Origin: Cetorhinus maximus
Lineage: Eukaryota
Direction: 5' to 3'
Assembly: GCF_964194155.1 (NCBI RefSeq)
Contig: NC_135879.1
Location: 68,262,001-68,326,000 of the forward strand
Length of the DNA stretch: 64,000 nucleotides
Shown: positions 13,756 through 26,800 of the stretch, piece after piece
How the letters are laid out: each line of letters starts with the position of its first letter
How positions within the stretch are numbered: the stretch's first letter is position 1
Notes under the pieces: model-generated
What the model saw: the letters and a program-made list of their open reading frames with translations, nothing else
Told to the model about the DNA's origin: nothing
Databases searched by the model: none
Made by a program: the position numbers and the translations under genes

Positions 13756-14507
13756 TTTTTGTTTTATTTATCCACGAGATGTGGGCTTCACTGGTTGGGC
13801 CAGCATTTATTGCCCATCCCTAGTTGCCCTCGAGAAGGTGGTGGTGAGCTGCCTTCTTGAACCGCGGCAGTCCCTGTAGTGTAGATACACCCACAGTGCT
13901 GTCAAGAAGGGAGTTCCAGGATTTTGACCCAGCGACAGTGAAGGAACAACAATATATTTCCAAGTCAGGATGATGAGTGACTTGGAGCAGAACTTCCAGG
14001 TGGTGGTGTTCCCATCTATCTGCTGCCTTTGTCCTTCTGGATGGTAGTGGCCGTGGGTTTGGAATGTGCTGTCTCAGGAGCCTTGGTGAATCCCTGCAGT
14101 TCATTTGGCAATGGTACGCGCTGCTGCCACTGTGCGTCGGTGATAGAGGGAGTGAATGTGGATGTGGTGCCAATCAAGCGGGCTCCTTTGTCCTGGACAG
14201 TGTCAAGCTTCTTGAGTGTTGTGGGAGCTGTACTCATCCAGGCAAGTGGGGAGTATTCTATCACACTCCTGACTTGTGCCTTGTAGATGGTGGACAGGCT
14301 TTGGGGAGTCAGGAGGTGGGTTACTCATCCCACGATTCCTAACCTCTGACCTGCTCTTGTAGCCACAATATTATGTGGCTAATCCAGTTCAGTTTCTGGT
14401 CAATGGTAACCCCAAGGATGTTGATAATGGGGGATTCAGTGATGGTAATGCCATTGAACATCAAGGGGCGATGGTTGGATTCTCTCTTGTTGGAGATGAT
14501 CATTGCC
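13756..14507 (-). mobile_element. CR1/L2-group LINE 3' end (left arm of a fold-back pair)
   Basis: ORF 14016-14264 IEYSPLAWMSTAPTTLKKLDTVQDKGARLIG; same family as 60815-62915. Confidence 0.85.
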
Positions 14508-15412
14508 AGTGCCTTTCCGTCCATCATGAGGTCAGAAGTGGGGATGTTTGCTGATGATTGCACAATGCTCAACACTATTCGCGACTCCTCAGACACTGAA
14601 GCAGTCCATGTCCAAATGCAGCAAGACCTGGACAATATCCAGGCTTAGGCTGACAAGTAGCAAGTAACATTTGTGCCACACAAGCCTCAGGCAATGGCCA
14701 GCTCCAACAAGAGAGAATCCAATCATCGCCCCTTGATGTTCGATGGCATTACCATCACTGAAACCCCTCTATCAACATCCTGGGGGTTACCATTGACCAG
14801 AAACTGAACTGGACTAGCCATATAAATACTGTGGCTACAAGAGCAGGTCAGAGGCTAGGAATTGTGCAATGAGTAACTCACCTCCTGACTCCCCAAAGCC
14901 TGTCCACCACCTACAAGGCAGAAGTCAGGTGTGTGATGGAATACTCCCCACTTGCCTGGCTGAGTGCAGCTCCCACAACACTCAAGAAGCTCGACACCGT
15001 CCAGGACAAAGCAGCCCACTTGATTGGCACCAGATCCACAAATATTCACTCCCTCCCCCACCAATGCACAGTAGCAGCAGTGTGTACCATCTACAAGGTG
15101 CACTTCCAAAACCACGACCACTACTATCTATAAGGACAAGGGCAGCAGATAGATGGGAACACCACCACCTGGAAGTTCCCCACCAAGTCACTCACCATCC
15201 TGACTTGGAAATATATCGCTGTTCCTTCACTGTCGCTGGGTCAAAATCCTGGAACTCCCTTCCTAACAGCACTGTGGGTGTACCTACCTCACATGGACTG
15301 CAGCGGTTCAAGAAGGCAGCTTAGCACCACCTTCTCAAGGGCAATTAGGGATAGGCAATTAATCCTGGCTCTGCCAGTGAAGCCCGCATCCCGTGAATGA
15401 ATTAAAAAAAAA
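14508..15412 (+). mobile_element. CR1/L2-group LINE 3' end (right arm of a fold-back pair)
   Basis: RT motif GMFADDC, then MEYSPLAWLSAAPTTLKKLDT, ending in an A-rich tail. Confidence 0.85.
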
Positions 15413-15469
15413 CACCCCCTAGCCAAACTGTTCCAGTCCAACACTTAGCCCAGAAGACTTTATGCAAGA

Positions 15470-15730
15470 GTGCAGATGGAGATTTACACTGTATCTAACC
15501 TGCGTTGTACCTGCACTGGGAATATTTGATGGGACAGTGTATGGTGAGTTTTATTCTGTATGTTATGCTCCTTGTAAACTATCTCATTAAATGCTCCCAG
15601 GGGATACAGCACAGTTTAGATACAGTGTAAGCCTCCTTCAAACATTCCCAGTGCAGGTGCAGCAGTTGTTAGATACAAGATAAAGTTCTCCCTGCACTGC
15701 CTTTAAACATTCCAAGGGCATGTACAGCAG
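15470..15730. repeat. Degenerate ~65-70 nt satellite units in inverted orientation
   Basis: TTTACACTGTATCTAACC...GTACCTGCACTGGGAATATTTGA on the left; TCAAACATTCCCAGTGCAGGT...TTAGATACA on the right. Confidence 0.6.
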
Positions 15731-16469
15731 AAAGATGGGAAAGAATCAGAATTAGTGGAATGCTCAGCTTTGGAAAGCTCGTGGAGCTGGAGCACAGTAG
15801 ATGACAGGTTGAGATGGTGATTCCTGCACCAGCCAAAGGCAGCCCTGCTCAGGACACTGAGGGGGGAGGAGGAGAAGGTGGTGTGGGTCACTGTTTTCCT
15901 GACTTGTCAATGCTTCTGGTGCCACCTGGGGTTGGGTGGGTGTGGGTGAGTGATTAGAGACAATGAAAGACAAGTCCTCACACTCCCACACTGACTGAGT
16001 TTGAGTGGCACCAGTCTGCCTGACATCACGCTATGCTCCCCTGTGCCTTTTGCCACTCTGGGAGTGTGTATTTGCTCTGGGTCTGGGTTATCAAGGTGGG
16101 AGGGATTACACAGTCACCCAACCCCTAAACAGATTGGCCTGTGTGGCCTCACATACATCTGTCCCCCGACCCCGAGTACCCACCCTCCACACAACCATTT
16201 CACCTCTTTGTTCTTCCTTGCCACATCCATCCCAAGCAGTCAGCCAGATGTGCAGCAGTACACCTCACATCTCTCTGACTGATTCTGGAGGTGGTGTGGA
16301 TTTCTGGCACCATGTCACTTGCAGAATGACCTCACTTTGCTTCTGGCCGTTACTGTGTCCGGGAAAATATGTCCCTATCATCTTTACACTGCAGGACACA
16401 TGGCGGTTTGGAATCAGTTAAAGAGGCTGTCCATGGCATCAAGGAAAAATATCTAGAATGAGAGCAGAA

Positions 16470-16920
16470 ATAAGGGAAAACTTGCAGTTATAAAGCATCT
16501 TTCATGGCCACTGGACACCCCAAAGTGCCCTGTGGCCGATGAAATTTTTTTTTGAAACGTAGTCACTATTGTAATGTAGGAACTATGGAAACTAATTTAT
16601 GCACAGCAAGTTCCCACAAACAGCAAAGTGATCATGAACAGATAGTCTGCTTTTGTGATATTGATTGAGGGATAAATATTGGCCAGGACACTGGGGATAA
16701 TTCTCCTGCTATGCTCCAAAATAATACCTTGGGATCGTTCATATCCACCTGAGAGAGCAGATGCGACTTCAGACTAATATCTCATTGGAATGATGGTACC
16801 TCTGACAGTGCAGCGCTCCCTCAGTAATTCAGTGGAGTGCCAACCTAGATTGGAGCAGGATTCAAACACAGAACCTTTGAACTCCAAAGCGAGAGTGCTA
16901 TCAGCTAAGACATGGCTGGC
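16470..16920 (-). mobile_element. Shark-type SINE with L2-like tail (Deu-domain-like)
   Basis: GTAGTCACT.TTGTAATGTAGGAA...CCCACAAACAGCAA...GCAGCGCTCCCTCAGTA. Related pieces lie at about 27660-28600 and 48680-49330. Confidence 0.6.
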
Positions 16921-17795
16921 TCGACAAATGCTGAAGGGTTTTTTTTAATCTACATGAGATTATTAAACCATTTATCACGTTCAAAATGGGATTTGCCCAC
17001 AAAAGCACAGCTGCCAAACATACCTGAGCTGTAAATTTCCCCACAAGCTGCATATATATGAATGGAATAGCTTAGCCCATTTGGGGGTTGATCAGTTCTC
17101 AGACACATTGAATAACCTGTTAGACAGATTCCCACCCAATTAAAATGGCAGCAATTCATCCGTACGCATCAACAAGTCTGCAATGTGTATTCTCTGCGAT
17201 ATGCAGGATTAAGTGGCATTGACTAACTTTAGTGCTGTTTGTGCCTCCAGCATGGAGGGAGAAAAGACCATAGACATACAGTAAATGCTCCATTTTCATC
17301 GCAAACACTTTTTACTTGTCTTTAGCCACCCGGAACATTAGGCTTCACTTATAAACTACGCTCCATGCAAATTGCATTCAGTTAAAATTCAGTTTTTCCT
17401 GTGACTTGAAAAACATAAGCTAAAATTAAAGGTTGCAGTAAAGGTAGTAATATGGAGCAACAAGAACAGCAGTGTCGGTGGAAAGGCACTTTTACTGAGA
17501 TTCATAAAGTTATAAAAACTTTCGAAACAAAAGCAACTATTAATATCTCCAACTCCCATCATGTCTTAATTTGAGACCATAATCGGTGTCGCTCTGCGTT
17601 GGGCCATTAATCTTTCTGGGAAAACCACGTTGTTGCTATCTTTATTGCAGGATGCATGGGTGGTATGGAATCAGCTGAAGCGGTTGTAATCGCTGAATAT
17701 GACAGCATGAAAAATAACTAGAACTGCACATGGGCAAGGAATTTGCCCCTGCAGTTTCATTGTCAACAGACACAATACTTCATTTATTGAAAGCA

Positions 17796-17809
17796 CATAT
17801 ATATATATA

Positions 17810-17845
<36 letters not shown>
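17796..17845. repeat. (AT)n microsatellite
   Basis: Direct reading of the sequence. Confidence 0.9.
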
Positions 17846-17849
<4 letters not shown>

Positions 17850-18456
17850 ATTTTGTTACTAAGGGCAATGCTTTCCAAAGCTGTAAACATTAATAATAAC
17901 TATGAAGCAATCTTTTAAGGGACCAATTGTTGGCAGTGGATGACACAGTATTAACCGATAGTTATCAACTTGTAAACATGCCAAGTGTGTCAGTTTTCAT
18001 CCAATATGATATGGGGATTTCTATGAACTTCATAAAGACCTAGACATACAATACTAATGTGAACTGTAGTTAAAACTCAGTCACAAATCTAATTATACAT
18101 ATGAGAAGTTCTATTACCTGTACTGTGTGTTAGTGGCATTTAACTGAAACAAAGCATCATTGAATTACCACAGTATAGAGGGCTATACAAATTTTGCAAG
18201 CATGCATCATCTTATTTCTAATACAAAAAAGTGTCATAACAGTTGTGTTCAAATGCAATATAAAGTATTCATGTAATATTGAAAATCTGACATATATAAC
18301 AGCAATTTAATATAGATTAATTCAAATACCAGTACATTCCTTTAAATATATGACAGTAGAAAGTTAAAATCCTTGACAGGTACAAGACAATCAAATCCAT
18401 TAATGTGGTTTATCTCACAAATATGTGCATTTTATTAAAACTAGTTAAAACATTAA

Positions 18457-18627
18457 CTAAGTTGCACAGAACACCTCAAAAAGTGATGCAGATGCATGCA
18501 TGCGGTAGAAAATAGCAAAAGGCATTGCAAGGTTTACTATTAGAATCCATGTTTCAAAGCCATAAACATTTTCTTCCAAACCATTGTCAAACTGGGGCCA
18601 AGCTCCAAAAGCTGGAAGTATCCAAAA
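18457..18627 (-). CDS. OTOP1: OTOP1 coding exon 6 (FWILPAFG...FYRMHASASLFEVFCAT*)
   Basis: Acceptor ttcctttttaaag; FYRMH motif; stop TAG; minus-strand AATAAA at 18431-18436. Confidence 0.93.
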   Translation of the reverse strand, partial: FWILPAFGAWPQFDNGLEENVYGFETWILIVNLAMPFAIFYRMHASASLFEVFCAT

Positions 18628-21600
18628 CTTTAAAAAGGAAAGAAAGAATTTAGAGTCAGGTTGATTACTAAGCTTCATTAAAAGCTACAATTTATTAGCA
18701 AATAGAATCTTCAGAGTGATGGCAACAAGCAAAATGATTAACTTTGTTATTAGTACAAATCTTTTTTGCCTCCAATGGGCTTCATTTTGGCAGTACTGTA
18801 TTTTACATCCATGCTATGCAGCTGAATTGCTGGTTACCATATATCAGCTTTATACCTGAGCATTTGACTCAAGTATAATTGATAATCTCCACTTAAAGAA
18901 CTATTGGCCATAACATTAGCAAATATATGACTTATATTAATGACATACCTCAAAAATGCTGAAAAGAGAGACATGTTCCTGAAGCTTTTTGTCTTGCACT
19001 CATTGGGACAAATGCAAGAATGCCAAATTTCAAGTAATCATAACAATTTATACTACAGGAGAAAAGAGTGCTGATTGGTTGGGAAGTCAACTCTGAATGG
19101 CAGAGGTCTTGCAATAGAGAAAGTAACAAGGAGCTATAGGCTCCCAGGCTCCTGGGTAATTTTAAAACAGCACAATGCTTGAATGTACTTCAACAACAAC
19201 AAGTTGTATTTATATAGCACCTTTAACATAATAAAACTTCCAAAGGCAGCTCACAGGGGATTTATAAAACAAAATATGTCACTGATCCACATAAGGAGAT
19301 ATTAGGGCAGATGGCCAAAAGAGGTAAGTTTTAAGGAGTGTCTTAAAGGTGGAAAGCAGGATAGAGAGGCAAAGAGGGTTAGGGAGTGAATGCTAGAGCT
19401 TCAGGCCCAGAGAGCTGAATACATAGCCACCAATGGTGAAACAACTAAAATCAGGATTGCTCAAGATACCAGGATTGAGAGACTGGAGGAGATTACAGAG
19501 ATAGGGAGGGGCAAGGCCATGGACCAATTGGAAAACAAAAATCAGAATTTTAAAATCAAAGCTTTGCTTTTCTAGGAGCCAATGTAGATCAGTGAGCACA
19601 GGATGGTGATGAGTGAATGGGATTTGGTGCAAGTTATAACACAGACAGCAAAGTTTTAGATGAGCTCAAGTTTACAGAGGGTAGAATGTGAGAGGCTGGC
19701 CATGTGAGAGCAGTCAGGTCTAGAGGTAATGAAGGCATGAATGAATTTCATTAACAGACGAGCTGAGGCAGGGGTGGAGTTGGGCAATGTTACAGAGATG
19801 GAAATTGGCGGTCTTAGTTACGGCACCAAGGTTGTGAACAGCCTGGTTCAACCTTGGACAACTGCCAGAGAGAGGGATAGAGTCAGTGTCTGGGGAGTGG
19901 GATTTGTGGCAGGAACCAAAGACAATGGCTTCAGTTTTCCTAATATTTAATTGGAAGGAATTTTTGCTCATCCAGTACCAAATGTCAGACAAGCAGTCTA
20001 ATAATTTAAGGACAATGGGGGGATCGAGAAACATGGTGGTGGGGCAGGGGTAGGTGTTGCCAGTGCACCTTGTGTTTTCGGATGATGTCACCAAGGGGAA
20101 GCATTTAGATGAAAAGATGGGTGGTAGCCAAGGATTGAACATTGTGGGACATGAGAGCTAATTGTACGGGAGTGGAAATAGAAGCCATTGCAGGTGATTT
20201 TCTGGTTATGATGAGGTAGGTAAGAATACAGTCCTACCCAGTGAGCTGACAGTGAAGAGGTGTTGGAGGAGCAATAAAACCAATTCTTTACCAATATAAC
20301 TGAACAAACTGATTCATGCTTTTTTAAATTTATAAACATTATTGTTCAAGCTTAGTTCATATTTTTACTTGCCATTTGTCATGATTACTTTTGTAACTCA
20401 AATTGGTCTATTGATAAGGAACTAATAAATTACTCAAGATATTGTCAATAGTCGGTTGATGAATATAAAGTTTTTTAAACACACAAGATAGGAACAAATT
20501 TGAGAAAGAGACTTCAGGCCCTCACGTCACAAAGTCACCTGGGGGTCAGAGCCTGTTACTACATTGTTGGATAGGGGATGTTGACACAGTAATTTACAAG
20601 GCAAATATTGACACAGAAGCCTGATCAAAAACCATGGCAACAGGAAGTGTATGCCCTATATTTTTTATAATAATACATAAATGAGTCCAGCTTTACAATT
20701 ACAGCTTCATGAATTTTTCAGCCCAGTTACTCTTTAAAATTCTGCCTTGTTTATGGCATATTTTAGGTGTTCATAATATTCAAAAGTTAAGAACATAAAA
20801 ACTTAACAGCATAAGGAAATTCAGGGATAAAAAATGGCCATATAATCCATCAATGTTTATCCCTCTTGTCCTTTAGCTCTCCCATCATGGCATCTAGTTG
20901 TACTGTAACACCCCAATAGTTTGTCTCTATTCCTTTGCTAACTTGCTGGATTATTCAAAGTGTTTATTACACTGAGCAAAGTTACCTGGTAATTGTTTCA
21001 AATTTGTGTTCACAAATTTCTAATTACACCTTAACCCCATTTCTTGATTAACTTGCACATTGTCATTTGAATCTACCTTATCTGTGCCATTTAATATTTA
21101 CATACTTCAGTAAGGCACCCCTCAAAGTCCTTTTCTCTCGGATACAAGTTTAAGCTTTCCTCATTCTTTCTTATAGCTCAATACCATTTGCACATGGGAT
21201 CAGTTTTATTGATCTTCTCTATTTGTTCTAATATAAGGAAATAAATGATGGTGACCAAGTGAGCAAAACTGAAATCGAATTTCTAGGTGTGGTCTGCCTA
21301 GTGCAATGGAAAGCCTTAACATAACTACATCCATGAACTCTCATCAGAACTGAAATGTTAACTCTGTTTCTCTCTCCATAGATGCTGCCATACCTGCTGC
21401 GTTTTCTGATTTTTAAAAAAATTATTGTTCTGAAATGTACTTCACCCGGGGAAGGAAAACGACCTCAGGGAGGATTGGGAAAGTACATAGTAGAGGTGTC
21501 ACCAATTTTCAATGAATGAGGAGGCCCCAGTTTTTCTTACATCAGCGACCCTGATACGACAAAGCCTACATATGACCCGGTTTTATCGGTCAAATAATTT

Positions 21601-23778
21601 TTAAAATAGGCACAGTTTTTGAAACAGTGCAGAGGTTACAAAATCTATGTTTGAAAAGACTCCAAATTTTCTAAGCAGAGATGTCTATCCAGGTTATTAG
21701 CAAGATTGAACAAGCATTGATTTCCCCTGAACAAAAATAAAAATACCTGGAAAAACTCAGCGGGTCTGGCAGCATCTGCGGAGAGGAGCACAGTTAACGT
21801 TTCGAGTCCATATGACTCTTCAACAGAACTAAGTAAAAATAGAAAAGAGGTGAAATCTCAGCTGGTTTAAGGTGGGGTGGGACAGGTAGAGCTGGATAGA
21901 GGGCCAGTGATAGGTGGAGATAGCCAAAAGATGTCATAGACAAAAGGACAAAGAGGTGTTGAAGGTGGTGATATTATCTAAGGAATGTGCTAATAGGTGA
22001 CATTAAGGGTAGAAAGCAGGATGAGCAAGGTACAGATAGCCCTAGTGAGGGTGGGGTGGGGGGAAGGGATCGAAATAGGCTAAAAGGTAGAGATAAAACA
22101 ATGGATGGAAATACATTTAAAAATAATGGAAATAGGTGGGAAAAGAAAAATCTATATAAATGATCGGAAAAAAGGGGGATCGGAAAGGGGGTGGGGATGG
22201 AGGAGAGAGTTCATGATCTAAAATTGTTGAACTCAATATTCAGTCCGGAAGGCTGTAAAGTGCCTAGTCGGAAGATGAGGTGCTGTTCTTCCAGTTTGCG
22301 TTGAGCTTCACTGGAACAATGCAGCAGGCCAAGGATGGACATCTGGGCATGAGAGCAGGGTGGAGTGTTGAATGTCCATCCTTGGCTTGCTGCATTGTTC
22401 TAGTGAAGCTCAACCCAAACTGGAGGAACAGCACCTCATCTTCCGACTAGGCATTTTACAGCCTTCCGGACTAAATATTGAGTTCAACAATTTTAGATCA
22501 TGAACTCTCTCCTCCATCCCCACCCCCTTTCCGATCCCCCTTTTTTCCAATCATTTATATGGATTTTTCTTTTCCCACCTATTTCCATTATTTTTAAATG
22601 TATTTCCATCCATTGTTTTGTCTCTACCTTTTAGCCTATTTCGGTCTCTTCCCCCCAACCCCACTAGGGCTATCTATACCTTGCTCGTCCTGCTTTCTAC
22701 CCTTAATGTCACTTATTAGCACATTCCTGAGCTAATATCACCACCGTCAACACCTCTTTGTCCTTTTGTCTATGGCATCTTTTGGCAATCTCCACCTATC
22801 ATTGGCCCTCTAACCAGCTCTACCTGTCCCACCCCCCCCCCCCCCAACCTCACCCTAAACCAGCTTATATTTCACCTCTTTCCTATTTTTACTTAGCTCT
22901 GTTGAAGAGTCATACGGACTCGAAACGTTAACTGTGTTCCTCTCCACAGATGCTGCCAGACCCGCTGAGTTTTTCCAGGTATTTTTGTTTTTTTCTGGAT
23001 TTCCAGCATCCGTAGTTTTTTGCTTTTATCTTTGATTTCCCCTGGTTTGTTTCTGTAATGTGGACTAAAGTTACGAAAACTTTAACATTGAAGCCCATGG
23101 ACACAGTGCCGCCTACAGGCGTAACAGATAAACGTAGTCCCTTCTGGATTGGAATTATCAAGACGGTCAAAATTGGCATAAAAGTTTTCAGCTCTTTTTG
23201 TAATAGAATGTCGTGACCACCCACAATTTAATATTTTAACTATTACACTTCTTAACTTCACTATCTCTTTTACGTTTGACAGTTGTTTTAACTTCGTCTC
23301 TAATTGCTTCCTAATTTCCATTACTGAAATAAACTTTAGCTACACTCATCTCAATGATCCTTTTGCACTTCACCTATTTGATATTCCTACTCCCTCCCCC
23401 CCTCCCCCCTCTCTTAAAAAGGTCTTGTTTAAAAAATGTCACATTTGATCTAATCGTCCGCCTGGATGATTAACTTCCACTTATTTGTATGCCTGATTTG
23501 CTTTAAAAGTCTGCCACTCATCCCCAACTGGGATAGCTTTCGATAATATTTCCTAGTGAATTGCTGCTTTAAAAAGACTATGTTGTGAATGAAAGCTGAT
23601 TTTTTATTTCGTGGTTCTGAATCTGTCTTACCGAAATATTGCACAGGAACAGAAATGCGGTGATGTTCTTCAGTATTATCCTCTTTCTGTCCAGTTTTCC
23701 CGCCTGTCTGAGGCTGGACGGAGGAGAGGAAGCAGCAGCTTGGGGTAGAGTCAGCTGCTCACTGCACACACCGCCGCC

Positions 23779-23811
<33 letters not shown>

Positions 23812-26800
23812 GCCTGGAGAGTGAGTGATGCACCCTGTAGCCGCGCAGCACACCTCCCGCTCCACGTTCTCCAGGGCTTTGTTCACAATGCCACAATATG
23901 AGGCAGCCACGGGAAGGTTGCCGGAAGCCGAAACGGCCGAGGTCGCCTTGATCCTTCCGATTTCCTCTTCACCGTTATCCCGCTTACGGTGGAGGGATTC
24001 GATGATAAACACGTTTTGGGCGGATTTCTCAATGATGACCAATGTGGAAACCGGTAAACTCAGCCATGTGTAGTATAGGGGGGCCTCTGCAGAAATCGCC
24101 GCCAGCACAGAGCACCAGGACAGCAGCCAGGAGGCACACGCGGTACTGACCAGAAGGCAGCCGTCCAGCTTTCGCGACGGGTTTTTGGAATAATCCATCG
24201 ATCTTTTGTCTATTCTGTAAATAGCCAGGCCAGTTGTAGATGCTGCAGACATTAAGCTAAGTACTGTAATACTGTACAAGTAAAACATAGTCACAGCAGA
24301 CTGTCGATGATCCTTTGAATGCCCCACCTGTATACTGTACACTACAAGAATTCCTATTGTGGCTGCGAATACAGCTGTTCCCAGCACTGGCCCTGGCAGT
24401 ATGTTGTAGCGTGTTTTGAACATTAGTTTTCGAGGTTTGTGGTGTTCCATCTTGCGCCCGACATTCTTCCACATGATGTAGAGCATGGCAGATGCAAATA
24501 CGTGATATTCAATGTTGAAAGGGTACATGTAATAGAAGCCTTTATAGAAAGCCGCGCATGCATTTATAGTACAATTGCAATTTGGTCCAACCTTTTCTGC
24601 AACGAAATAGAATAAAGCATTACACAGATTACCTTTAAAAGATTGCCAAATCTGAACTTCCTCCAAATAACCTAACACACCTGAAAATTCTTACAGTCTG
24701 GTATGCTACATCACTGTAAGGGAATATTCAACAGGTAACACCACCCATTATATGGTAAACAATATGAAAAAGAAACGCACATTAGAGTAATGTAAAATCT
24801 AATTGTAATCACTATGAGCATTAAAGCATCCCGCCTTTCGAGTCATCTATTTAGATGTTCGTGCTGCAATGACACCACGCGGTGAACGATGTTCATTGAA
24901 TTTGCTACCCCGCCATTCACACCAGACTGCGATGCAAATCGCTGGAACGTCCCAACAGTAAGGGCTCAGAGCTGAAAAGGTCGCACTGAGACCCGGTGAC
25001 TGCTCCACAATGGCCCGTCTCCTTAAACAATTAAAGAAAGGATAGAAACAGAGCGAACGACGGGGAAGGAAATGGGGTATATCAAACCGCATTAGAGACA
25101 GAAAGAGACATAAACGGAGGGAAGAGAGAAAAGACAGAGAGAGGGAGAAAAAAACGAAACAAAGGAAAAATAAGACACAAATTAAAAAGAACAAGCAAAA
25201 AGTGGAGGACAATATAATCTACTTGAGTTTGGGAATTGATCATGAATGAGTGGCAGTGTAGGTGTGCTTGACCCAGTAAGTACAGAATCATTGGCCCCAT
25301 CCATCATGATCAGAACAGTGAACCACCCAATCGCCATGTCATTGCACTGTTTTTATAGGACTGACAGGACGAAAAAAAAACAGGGCCCATCTAGTTGGCC
25401 TTCTAATATCCTGGCATGATACAAGGCAGGGAGTTGTTGACTAATCTTAGCAATTAACCTCGATCAAACTAGTTTACAACAGAAATGAAGTGAGAACCAT
25501 TAAGTCTAATGTCACTTTTTTCCTTCCGAATATGCTATACTGAGCGCATCACGTCTCAGATTACTCACATATTGTCTCCCAAAATGTTATTTTCTGAATG
25601 AAATCCATCTAAGACAGCTTTGCATCCTGAAAATTATTGCCTCTGACACTAATAAGAGTGTGGGTGGCAAGACTGGCATAAAAATATTGCCGAGACAACA
25701 AAAAGATTTTTTTTAAAAACTCCAGCCACAAATCACTTCCACGTGGAGTGAGAGTCTGCAACTTCAATAATAACAGAAAATGCTGGGAAAAAACTCAGCA
25801 GGTCTGACAGCATCTGTGGAGAGAGAAACAGAGTTAAAGTTTCGAGTCCGTATGACCCTTTTTCAGAGCTAAAGAGTAGAAATGTGATGAAATTTGTACT
25901 GTTTAAGGGGGTGGGGCAGGTGGAGCTGGATAGAAGGCCAGTGATAGGTGGGGCTGAGGAGAGATTGATGAAGATGTTGTGAACAAAAAGGCAAAGGAAG
26001 TGTTAATGGTAGTGGTAAGGGCTAAAAAAGGTGCTGATGGTAGCAAAGGTAAGAAAGCAGAATGTGATAATAGCAGGACAAGGGTGAGCACTCTGTGAAA
26101 GAACAACATGGAACAAGTAACGGATGGCCCTTTTGGGGGTGGGGTGGAGGAGGGTGCTGTGGTTGGCAAAAAAGGATAGAAAAAGGGATTTTAAAAGGAG
26201 ATAAGACAAGAATAAATGAATACAAATAAATAAAAATAAGTAGATGAAAATAAATTTTAAAAAAGGATTAAAAAAAGGTGAAGCCGGAAGAGAGAGTTCA
26301 TGGTCTGAAGTTGGGGGCCTGAGTAAGACTGGAACAAAGAATGTTCCACATACCCCATAAAGAGACAGGCGTAACTGGGACCCATGTGGGTACTCATAGC
26401 CACACCTTTTATTCGGAGGAAGTGAGACAAGTTAAAGGAGAAATTGTTCAGTGAGGGAACAAGTTCAGCCAGACGGAGGAGAGTGGTGGTGGATGGGGAT
26501 TGCTCAGGCCTCTGTTCAAGGAAGAAGCGGAGAGCCCTCAGACCATCCCGGTGGGGGATGGAGGTGTAGAGGGATTGGATGTGCATGAAGAGGAGGCAGT
26601 TAAGACCAAGAAACTGGAAATTGTTGATATGATGTAGGGCATCAGAGGAATCGCAAATGTAGGTGGGAAGAGACTGGACAGGGGGAGACAGAATGGAGTC
26701 AAGACAGGAAGAAATGAGTTCCATGGGGCAGGAACAGGCTGACATGAAGGGTCTACCGGGATAGTCCTATTTGTAGATTTTGGGAAGGTGGTAGAAGCGG

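Larger units (their letters stand above)
21730..23031. mobile_element. Penelope-like element inserted as an inverted (palindromic) pair
   Basis: Arms 21730-22342 and 22372-22990. GIY-YIG C-terminal peptide KLEEQHLIFRLG.LQPSGLNIEFNNFR. 13-bp TSD TTGATTTCCCCTG at 21717-21729 and 23032-23044. Confidence 0.9.

Noticed and set aside
23578-24678. 366-aa ORF as a stand-alone gene
   Set aside because: It is OTOP1 exon 5 plus read-through into the flanking introns.
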